In this document: in pieces, positions 22,758 through 33,630 of the stretch
Layout of the letters: every line of letters starts with the position of its first letter
How positions within the stretch are numbered: position 1 is the first letter of the stretch
Source: Rhizodiscina lignyota
Taxonomy: Eukaryota
NCBI GenBank assembly: GCA_010015805.1
Contig: ML978124.1
Coordinates: 2,542,001 to 2,588,593 of the forward strand
Direction: 5' to 3'
Length of the DNA stretch: 46,593 nucleotides
Notes under the pieces: generated by a model
The model's input: only the letters and a program-made list of their open reading frames with translations
Told to the model about the DNA's origin: nothing
The model's database searches: none
Program-made: the position numbers and the translations under genes

Positions 22758-24540
22758 TCATTGTATCTTGGCCAGCAGCTCGTCGTATATTGATGAATCT
22801 TCCATCTCTTTCGGCCGATCCACCTCTGCCCTCTCTCGGATCATCTGCGCCGCAGCTTCATTACGCGGCTTGACGGCACACTGGAAGACTGCCGGTCCAA
22901 ATACTGGGAAAGCACCCGCTACAGACATTATTAGCCAAATCCATTTTCAACAGGAGTGACAACGTACAATAGCCATCCGGTGGTGGAGAATTTGGCTTCG
23001 GCGTAATGTCAAAAGCCCAGAGAATCCGACTCATTACGATATACAAGCTCGCATCCGCGACATGCCGTCCTGGGCATTCTCTTCGACCAACTCCGAACGC
23101 AAAGTGCTGCCCTCCAGGACTTGCTCCTGGAGATGATCTCGGATCCCTCGGGTCAAGAAATCTCTCCGGCATGAACTTGTCCGGTTCGGGATAGTACTGC
23201 GAGTTCTTGTGGATCGCGTTCACATTTGGAATTACTGTAGCTCCTTTTGGTATCGACTTGCCTCTGTAAACATCTGCCTCGCTTGTGGCATGGATGAAAG
23301 CTAATGGCGTTGCAGTAGCCCATCTATGTAGCTCGTTGATCACGGCGTTCAAGTACGGCAGCTTCTCTCGGTCTTCCCAGTTTGGTAGACGGTTACGGCC
23401 CACTACTCGATCAATCTCTTTCTGCGCATGCTTCATCTGCTCAGGAAAAAGCACGGCTGCTTTGAAAAACCACTGTAGTGTCGTCGCAGTCGTTTCTGTA
23501 CCGGCTGTGATCAGTTCGGCAATCAGATGCGCGTACTCTGTCTCTGATAATTTCGTCCCTTCGTTCTGGAGTACTCGGGCTACGAAACAGTCTGGTGCAG
23601 TGCCATTGCGCACTCGTTCTTTCATTTGTTCATAAAAGACTAGATAGAAGGGCATGATCTGCCGTCGAATCTCAACTGCTTGCTTTCGCCATGGTGCAAG
23701 AGCATCAGGGAGATAGTCAAGGATGGGAATCCAATCAACCAGCCACGCTCCAGGCCGAATGTCTGTACCCATCAGTTGCTGATGCAAAATCTGGGTTTGA
23801 AAAGAGCTCTTACGTGTGAAGAAGTTTTGCATCTTCTTTCCAATTTGTTGAGGAATGAAGGCGTCTGATCGGTCGAATCGGCAGCCCATTCTAGCTGAAA
23901 TGTTAATTCCCATAGATCGAATTCGCACAGAAGTGACCCTTACAACATGCTGAACGTCACGCTTCCAGAATATCGAGCGACCTCTTGGAAGAAGGCGTCC
24001 GGTTCATCCAACAGATGCTTCAGCGTACGTCTGCTCTCATACTCTTGGTACGGCAAGAATATCTTTGCATTCTGCATTCCCAAGAAGCCATGGATAATTT
24101 TTCTATGCTCCTGAGACGGCCATTCAGTCGCTGCTGGAATGAACAAATCAAAGAGTACTTACACGCCATAAATCGCCATATTGCATATTCACAATTCTTG
24201 CTCCCTCTGTAATGAGCGTAGCCTGGTTCGAAGCTCTCGGTCTTGAACTGTACTTCTGGCCCTTCTTGATGAACAGATCATTGAACGACTCAGGGCTGTT
24301 CAAGACGATGACTGAAGACTGTCCCATCTTGTACGCGAATACGTCGCCGTACTGTTGACTCCATTCTGTGAGTTTAACGTGTAGTAGAGATCCTCGAAAG
24401 TCGAATATGTTGCCAAATATGGGCAGTCCCGGTGGCCCATTGGGAAGGTTCCGTGCTATGTTGCTAGCAATATAGAGCACAAATATGATGAGGAGGGAAA
24501 ACAAGATGTAAATCGTAAACTTGGAATTCGAGGTATCCAT
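22758..24540 (-). CDS. Cytochrome P450 (CYP64-clan-like), three introns
   Basis: N-terminal TM anchor with PNGPPGLPIFGN, I-helix AGTETT, ExxR (ELHR), PERF and heme motif FGVGRRECPG. The last exon ends LLAKIQ-TGA at 22758. Confidence 0.92.
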
Positions 24541-25011
24541 TGTGATGTCGATTTTGTGAGTTTGTCCGATTACAGATCAACAGCGGAACAGGTGGATTTG
24601 CAGGTCTGCTTATGATTAACGAGTATGTTCTGATTAATCAAGCCTCTCACACCCATCTCCGATTGTCCGATGATGATACTGAATTCCGTATGTCATGCAT
24701 GAAGCATTTTCTTCATTCCGACATTGCTGGTTGGCGGTCGTGCCGCCCTCCGACAATCACCGTTAACCGCCGTGCTCTCTTCAGGACATGAGGCTCTATC
24801 CAGGATTTGACAAAAATGCACGCAGAATTCTCGGGCATGAGTGTTAAGATGTAAATGTTTACGTGATAATCTGGCTTCTGTTTGTGGGTCGCGACAAACG
24901 TCGGCGCGAGGTGGTACTCCGAGTTATCCTAAATAATGAAACTCGTTGTTTGATACTCCGCAGAAAACACAAAAAAGACTATAGGCATCGCGAAAGGGCG
25001 TATCAGGAAAC

Positions 25012-26132
25012 ATGAAAATGAAAGAGGCACATGTTTCCCCAGACACTAGTGTACAGATTGTCGATAGTGCCGTTCCGCAACCTGGTCCAGAAGAAGTTCT
25101 CATCAAGGTTGTGTGTGCCGGTTGCAACCCGAAAGATTGGAAGTATCCTCATTTTTCGGGGGTTACCATCAATTCGGGGGATGATATCGCTGGATTTGTT
25201 GAGCGTGTGGGAGAAGAGGTGTACGAATTCAGGCCAGGTGATCGTGTCGCTGCCTTCCATCAAATGAGAGTTGGAGGAGGAGCATTCGCCGAGTTTGCGA
25301 TTGCGCCAGCTTCGACGACCTTCCATATTCCAGAGAAAATCTCATTTGAAGAGGTATTCAACTACAATGACAAATATTTGCCGGACTATTGGGAACTGAC
25401 ATGTGTCAGGCATCAACGGTTCCGCTGGCTGCTCTCACTGCAGCCGTTGCGCTCTATCATAATCTCAAACTTCCACTTCCATGGGAGCCAGCGAAAGAAA
25501 AAATACCACTGCTCATCTACGGAGGTTCGAGTGCGATCGGTTCTTTTGCTATTAAACTCGCTCGCCGCTCGAACATTCATCCCATCATTGCCGTGGCAGG
25601 AAAGAGCAAGGATTATGTCGAATCGCTTCTTGACCCATCCCAGGGAGATGCGGTTATCGACTATCGAGATGGAATTGACGCTGTTGTGTTTGGTATACAG
25701 CAAGCGTTGAAGGCGGCTGATGCTGGATCGGCGTTTCATGCGTTCGACGCAATATCGGAGAAGAATACTTTTCACGCTTTGAGCAAGGCTCTCGATCCGA
25801 TCGGACACATTACGTTGGTGCTACTTGAAAGCAATTACACATCAATACCTGAGTCAATACGAACTTCGTTGACGTTTGTTGGCATCGTACACACCGGACC
25901 GCCGCCTTTAGACCCAAAGCAAGGCGTCCGATATGTTGCTGAAGGGAATGGAAGGGATTTCGGCTTCGTATTCTCTCGATTGATCGGAAGAGCCATGCAA
26001 GAAGGTTGGCTTTCTGGGCATCCTCAGGAGGTCGTTCCTGGTGGGCTTAGTGGGCTGTCCACCGCTCTGAACAATCTGAAGGCAGGAAAGGCAAATGCTG
26101 TTAAATATGTTATCAAGCCAGTTGATACATAG
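25012..26132 (+). CDS. MDR-superfamily enoyl-reductase-like / quinone oxidoreductase; one intron
   Basis: Motifs NPKDWK, GDDIAG.VE.VG, FRPGDRVAAFH, SFEEASTVPLA and LLIYGGSSAIG. Confidence 0.9.
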
Positions 26133-26495
26133 AGCAATCAAAATGGGGATTATTTCAACTTCATCTTTGTCACAAACTGGGGCATCGACACGACAATCTG
26201 AAGACTCCAGTCGCGTCTACTTTACGTCGCATCTGATTGCATCTATGATCACTAACTCTCTTCGATGCGTCTGCAGCCTGTTTTCGATGATCTATACGGT
26301 TTGTGATTACTACGGAGACTTATCGGGGTGCGGGTTGGTAAGCGTTAACATATGCCCAATAGAATAAGTCAGTCTGAAATGTTCCGATGCTTCTGAGGCC
26401 GACATTAACAATTCTCATTTTGTTCCGACATCGTTTAAATACAATCTGGACGCGTCGATTCCCTATCCTGGCTTTGTCAGTTGACTGCGAATCTA

Positions 26496-28176
26496 TTATA
26501 ATCTTGCGACCTCTCCTTGGACGAATTTGTCGAACGCACAATCAGCATCGGCGATAAAGTCAAAGCTGAGCATGTTTCGCTGATACTCCAGGTTATTCCA
26601 GCTAAACACAGTTGGAGTTTGCGTCTCCCAGTTCGTCTGTCCAAGAATTCGGTCCCGCTCGTCACGCCCCGGTCCATCTGGCATGTGGAACAGCCGCTGG
26701 TTGTTGATCGCACCTCGCACATTGACGGTAGTTCGATGCTTGCGAAGTTGCTCGAACATCTTGAGGATATGAGGGATGGAAAGCTTTTCTGGAATCTGGC
26801 CAGAGGAAGCACTCTTTCCCAGCCGACCAAGAAGATGTCCAAGGATTGCTCCGTCTTCCACGGCCATTGCAGCTCCTTGTGCTTGATAAGGCAATGTTGG
26901 ATGAGATGCATCTCCGATGATCACTACGTTGCCTTTGGTCCATCGAAGAAGTTCGTCATTGTGGCATAGTCGCCATTTGAGCACATGGGATACGAGCCCG
27001 AGCACATCGGTCAGCCTGGCAGAGAGATCAGTACAAGCATGCAGCTGCTGGAAATTAAAGCTTTACATGGGATCCCATCCAGAAAAGGCACTTTGCATCT
27101 CCTTCACGTCGCCTTGGATTGTGCTGAAACCCGGCGGAAGCGTGTCAGGACAAACTAGGACCAGATTGTACACCGAGCCACCCTTCACCGAATAGAGGAC
27201 CGCGTGGGAATTTGGGCCCATCCAAACATTTGTCTCTGGTGTCTTGATCAAAGCATTGAGCTTCTCATTGTTCAGGCTCTGTAGTTGCTCGACAGTGAAG
27301 GTGGCACGGTATGCCATGTCCCCAGTCGCCATTGGTGACGCATCATGTTGCAGGAGAAGGCTCCGCGTCTTCGACCACAAGCCGTCTGCACCGACCACAA
27401 CGTCGCCATAAAACTTCTGCCCTGACTTGGTTGTTACGCTCGCCTGGTCTATTGTAAAGTCGACGCTTTCAATTTCCACTCCGAGATGGGTTCGGACGCC
27501 GCGGCGAATGGTCTCGTCATAGAGAAATCGGTGGTAATCGGCACGGTGGATGACGCTATGCACATGTCAGTAATTCAATCCAAAATGCAATTCAGGACCA
27601 ATTCATGGCACATACTACCAAGGCGCACCGTAATCCCTCACATATGCCTCGCCTCCAGCTCGTCGGAGCAGATTGCGGCCATCTTTGTAACTCCGAAGGT
27701 TTCCGGCCTGTACAGCGACAGCTCCACTGCTTTGAACTTTGTCATCGACGCCGAGATATCTCAGGGCCCGTACTCCATTTGGAGGTATCTGGATACCTGC
27801 CCCAATCTGGATCCAATTCAGCTTCAATACTCCGTACTTTATGGCGGAACCGGGAACTGGAAGTATCGTACTGGGAGGATCTCGGGCGTCTTTTCAAAGA
27901 CTTGAACTTTCAGACCATTCTGCACGCACGAGAGGGCAGTGGCCAGACCTCCTGCGAGCTTATCAGTGAGGAGTCGAGTTTTTTTTCTCCTTTGGGCGGA
28001 AATGCCTTGGAGATTGTTGCTGCATTGTGGAGGACAGAGACTCGAAATTGTGGGTCTGAGCGGAAGTGGTGTGGGTGCACCTTACCAAGCCCGGCTCCGA
28101 TTATGATTACTTCCATCACTCCTTTCTCAACGGACAGTTCCTTTGAACCATCGGTCATTTCTATATCAGCTTCCAT
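26496..28176 (-). CDS. Salicylate-hydroxylase-like FAD monooxygenase, multi-exon, C-terminal ARL
   Basis: Motifs IIGAGLGGL, IGAGIQIPPNG, HRADY, VGADGLWS and GDASHPTLPYQAQGAAMAVEDG. The start may instead be 28158. Confidence 0.9.
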
Positions 28177-28501
28177 TTCCTCCAGTAGCCCGCGGCATAC
28201 CCCACTGTACATTTCAATCCCGGAGACCGGTACCCTTGTTATGCGAGAGACCTAGAAGATGCCAAATCCACCGAGAACCAAGCGAGGCACGGCAGATGAC
28301 GGTGTCTCGCTCTTTTGGGTTTCCCATGGATTCTGGGGCTATTGATAGATGACGATGTTCCGCCAATTCCCAAAATTATACGGAGCTTAAAGTTCATACG
28401 CTTCGGAGCAGGATACGCCTTAGTTCGGTATGACTTGAGATCCAAACCAATCTTTCCCTTGTCTTTCAACTTTTTTTCAGCATCAGTCACTATTGTCTCC
28501 C

Positions 28502-29431
28502 ATGATGTCAATCAAATCCTTTATTCGTTTTCTTGATACACAAGGCAACACGGCGTACGGAGAGCCGACAACAAGCCTCTCCGAACCTTTAGAAGGAAAA
28601 AAAGTCGAAGTTCTGACCGGTGATCCATTGACAGGGTTGTCAAAGACTGGGAAGCAGGCGGAAGTATCGAAAGTAGGTTTTGACGAAGTTTCCTTGCTGT
28701 GCTGACTTTTGTAGCTCCTTTGTCCTCTACCAACAACGCCGATTGTTCTCTGTATTGGTTTGAACTACCAAAAACACGTGAATGAAGCAAAGGTACTTCC
28801 AATCGCCATCCATATTGAAACGGTTTAACATGAGAGCCAGCTCCCTGTACCCAAGTACCCATCGGTATTCACAAAACCGGCAGACGCTCTCACAGGATCA
28901 TCAACTTCCATCAGCATACATCAGGATCTCCAGAAGCAACTCGACTACGAAGGGGAGCTCACCGTCGTCATTCGTAAGACGGCAAAGGATGTATCCGAAG
29001 CAGATGCATTGCAGTATGTATTGGGCTACACAAACGGGAATGACCTTACGTGTCGCTACTATCAAGTCCCGGAGAACTCGGGAGGCCAGTTCGGTTACGC
29101 AAAGTCATTCGACAGTTTCGCACCCATCGGTCCAGCCATTGTGATGGCTGAGGTCATTCCTGATCCACAGAAACTGAAATATCAAACAAAGGTCAACGGA
29201 GAGGTTAGACAGAGTACTGGGACGGATGATATGATTGCCAGTGTTGCGAAAATCATTGCACACCTCAGCCGTGCCACGACACTCCGACCGGGCACGGTCA
29301 TCATGACAGGTACGCCTTCAGGTGTGGGATTCTTTATGGAGCCCAAAAATTTCCTGAAAGATGGCGATGTTGTCGCTATAGAATGTGATGAGTTGGGCGT
29401 GTTGTCAAATAAGATGGTGTTTGAGAAATAG
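28502..29431 (+). CDS. FAH-superfamily hydrolase (FAHD1/FAHD2, acylpyruvate/fumarylpyruvate-hydrolase-like), two introns
   Basis: Motifs CIGLNYQKH, VFTKP, LDYEGEL, GYTNGND, KSFDSFAPIGP and GTVIMTGTPSGVG. Confidence 0.92.
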
Positions 29432-29764
29432 AGCAATAGACCTTCAAGTACTCTTCAAATGAACTACCCGCATTATTGATGGAAAATAATCTTGCTACGG
29501 CAAGGGTGCCATTACTTGGAATCAGTACACCGAACAAGCTCTCGCAGTATCCGAAATGGCCCACTGCTGCAGTCCGTTTTCATTGTCATCCATTGTATTG
29601 AAGAACCTGAGCAACGCGAGAACTTTGATAATTTGACTGCTCCAGTTCACTTCAACGGCAATACGCCCTGTCATCTTCACCTCACGATACGAAGTATATC
29701 ATTCTTCCTGTATCATATAACTCGGCTCATAATACTCAGATTATAAATTGCTACACGGATTCAG

Positions 29765-30894
29765 TTAAGCGGGAGCCGGAATAGGAACATTCGCATCATT
29801 CATTTCAGTAGTCACAAATCCCAACGGAATGTTTGGACCCCACACATACAGACTCTCTGGAGACTCAATCTCTCGACCCCATGGTGTGTCCTCATTCACA
29901 AGATCACCATCAGCGTAATGCTCAAGAATGTTACCCATTGCATCGAACCTGGAGTATGGAATGAATCAGTGATCTTATCATAGTGCAACTTGGAACTTGT
30001 GGAGAACAGGAGATTGTACCAGTAATCAAATACCTGGCTCCCAAGGACATGCCGTCCAACACCCCAACAGTTTGTCCAGCCCTTGTTCGTGAGCCAGTCA
30101 TGGCCAAGGAGCTGATCATCCATGTGTTGTACCTCGAAGCTGGCATGATGAACATGCGCTTTGGATTTAGGGGTGTGTCCGAGAAAGAATGACTACAAGA
30201 CACTCATTGTTAGCTTAAGGCATTCAATTTATAAATCCAAATAACCCACGTGATGATCTGTATATGTCTGTCCCTTGTCAATGTGAAGGAAGCATGTTAG
30301 ATCCTCGTTGGTCTCTGGATTGTACACGCTGTCTGTTACTTTGAGATTGAACGTTGACGTGTACCAGCTCAGCGTTTTCTTGTAATCTGCTGGCGGAATC
30401 ATGAAACCGTAATGTCCCAGTTTGTGAATGTGTGACGGGCCGGTTTTCATGCGAACAAACTCGCCCTTTCGTTGCTTTTCAGAAGGGGTGTTAATCGATG
30501 TCATTGGTTCGGATTTCTCCCCCAATGTTTCCTGTCCGTAGAGTAGTCGAATTTCCACTCCGTTTGGATCTTTCAGTGTCACGACCTTTCCGCCTCCTGG
30601 TTCCTTTGAATCTTTGATGCTCGAAGCAGCTGGCAAGCTACTTGCTCGTTCCAAGTCATCAATAGATTGTACCAGCCAACCTCCTGCCACAAAACGTTTT
30701 CCTTGCGGGTCGGTGCTCTGCTCCGCGACGTAGACGAAAGGCTGAGGACCTGTCCCTCTATAGTAGACTCGCGAGTCGACTCTTTCCACTTCTTCTAGCC
30801 CAAAATCCTTTAAGAATTTTTCTTCCTTGGCCAGATCTTGGTGACTGTAGTGCACGTATGCAAGACTGTCGAGGTTGATCTTACTGCCACCCAT
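29765..30894 (-). CDS. Two-domain VOC/glyoxalase-fold extradiol ring-cleavage dioxygenase (trihydroxytoluene-oxygenase-like), two introns
   Basis: Motifs LAYVHY, FLKDFGL, PGGG..V.L.DPNG, HKLGHYG, TDHHSFF, HVHHASFEV, WGVGRHVLGSQVFDYW and LEHYADGD. His/His/Glu metal ligands lie in the C-terminal domain. Confidence 0.88.
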
Positions 30895-31497
30895 TGTCGG
30901 CTGGATGCGGAGTTCGGGGGTTACTACTCGATTGGGAATCGTACACGTGACGGGCACCGATCGATCGTTGATGGATTTGCGGGTTGATGCAAACGACTGC
31001 AGGAAACTGTCACGATTTCCGGCCCAGATAATCGGCGGTACTGACTCTTTTACACCGGGCAGCGTGCAGCTGTAGTGGTTGAGCCGTACGTCAGCCTTTA
31101 CCCAAATTGATCAAGATCCGCGAAGCACCGAGGAGAGCCGCGCGGAGGGTGCGGGAGGATGAGTCTGGAGTACAGACAGTTGCTCGCAACCTAATATGCC
31201 GGTGGATTTTGATGCTTTCATATCTTTTTGATTTGATTTCAGAAATATTAGTAAGATTTGCAGCCCGAACTGGTTGTTGATTGACAGGGGAAGGGCGTCG
31301 GAACTGCGAACTGCTAATTTCTTACTAGGATACGAGGATCACGCTGATTAGCGAATTCAGGAGGCTATTGTGTGGACAAGCCACAGTGGTGCAGGTGTGC
31401 GGAGTGACCAGCCTTCAATAAATCCAGCGAAATTGCTCAATTGAAAGGTTTTTCGGTTTTTCAATTGATGACGTCCGAGCGAGACTTTGTACTCTGA

Positions 31498-33586
31498 ATG
31501 GTCACCCAAGCGACACAATTGATAATGCCAATGGCGTCTTCAGTTCCAGTTTTAATTGCAGGAGGAGGCCCAGTTGGTCTCGTTGCAGCATACACACTTG
31601 CGCATCATGGAATCCGATGCGTGCTCATTGAGCGAAACGAGACGACGACAAAATGGCCGAAGATGGATATCACTAATGTTCGCTCGATGGAGATACTTCG
31701 TGGTCTTGGTTTGGCAGATGAGCTCAGAGAACAAGGTATGTTGTCGACTGAAGGAATTCTGCGAAGGACTGTGAGGCGCGGCCGTCTGCGGCCGCATCAA
31801 CTGAACGACACACAGGAGTCGGTCAAGACTTTTCTTTCGACGTTATCATCAGTACAGGATTGGGTGGAAAATGCGAAGATATTACAAGATGGGTGTGTCT
31901 TAATTGCGACGGAGTAAGACTTTGATAGCTGACGGCTTATTTTCAGAAATTGCAATCGCCAAATGAATGGCGGAAGATTATTAAACAGCAAAACGATGGG
32001 TCAATGCCGCGCGAACCTTACCAGCGGTGTTCCCAGGCCATTTTTGAAGCATGGCTAAAAGTGAAGATTGAAGCGAATGAATTGATTGAAAGCCACTGGA
32101 GCACGAAGCTTGTTGATGTGCAAGAGGAGGCTGGTAAAGTTTTTGCGACGGTTCAGGAAGGCGCGACTGGTTCAACACGAACAATCGAAGCTCAGTATCT
32201 GATAGGATGCGATGGTGGAGGGAGCATAACTAGAAAGAAGATGGGACTTGGCCTCACTGGAGGCCCTCTGTAAGTGATCCGCCTGGTGGTACAATGATTG
32301 CGCCCACACTCACACTGACTCTGCTGAAGCCCCCTCGCAATGGGTCTGGTCCACTTCAAATCCCGTGATCTTACTCGACTTCATAAACAAGGTCAATTCT
32401 GGCATATCTTCTTCACTCATGGCGGTGTCATCATTTCGCAAGACGAAATCGACACGTGGACAGTGCATCTCCCTGTACCTCTAGACTTTGACATCAAGAC
32501 GCTCGATCCGGAAAAGCATATCTTCCAAGTACTTGGTGGACAAGGAGATTCGTATGAGATTGACGTCGATGAGATATTGGTGTCGAGTTCTTGGAGACCG
32601 AATAACGCGATCGCGGATCGGTATCGGTCGGACGGAGGGCGGGTATTCATTGCTGGTGATGCTTGTATGAAATTCATTTGACTATCAAGGCGCAATGTCA
32701 GAAAGCTAACATGTAGCTGCTGAAAGGTCACCAGAACATTCCCACCGGCGGATATGGGATGAATACAGGCCTTGCTGATGCATATGATATATCCTGGAAG
32801 CTCGCAATGGTTTTGAAAGGTGCCGGCGGGGAAGACTTGCTGGAATCATACGAAGTTGAGAGGCGCCCTGTTGCGATACGAAATGTCCAGCGTGCAGCGG
32901 AGCACATGAGTGTCCACCAAGGCTATGCCCAAAAGGCAATGGAAGCTGGATCCGAGGTTATGCTTAGCAACTCGGAGGAGGCCCAAGCAATCAAAGCGCT
33001 CACCAAGGAGCATGTCGAAACCAATGATGGAGAGAACAAGGACCACGGAATAGAGTTGGATTATAGACTACGGCCATCTCCAGTGATTCCAGTCGAGGTT
33101 GGAGTAAAAGAACCAGAATGGACACGGCAGGCATATGCTCCTTCAACAATACCTGGATCTCGAGCACCACATGTATTTCTCAAAGACGGTTCCACAAGCA
33201 TCTTTGACCTCCTCAGTAAGGACTACACGGTTGTCGATTTTTCGCAAGAGGGCTCGATTTCTTTGCAATTGGAGAAATTGGCGCGACAAGGAGGATTCCC
33301 ACTTGCTCGAGTGCATCTACCAAACGAAGAGCATGTGAGGAAAGTTTGGGAACGTGATGTTGTCCTCGTTCGGCCTGACTATTACGTCGGTTGGCGATCC
33401 GATTCGAAAGAGAACTACGACGATCAACAGTTGGATGATGTTCTATCAAAGGTATTTGGCAAAGACTCCTCCGGCAAGGCGAAGAGAGAACACATAAATG
33501 GAGACCACATTGTATTTGCAGGAGCTCAGAGGTCATTTAACCAAGATGAAGAGAAAGTAGAAAAGTTGGCCGAGTTTCAACGTTAG
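31498..33586 (+). CDS. PheA/TfdB-family FAD-dependent aromatic hydroxylase (FAD_binding_3), multi-exon
   Basis: Motifs VLIAGGGPVG, YLIGCDGGGS, GRVFIAGDA.HQNIPTGGYGMNTG, LLESYEVERRP, PGSRAPH and VLVRPD. The start may instead be 31531. Confidence 0.9.
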
Positions 33587-33630
33587 AGAATACGAGTGAA
33601 CTCGTAGTTCTTTCCAAGTATTTCCAAGCA

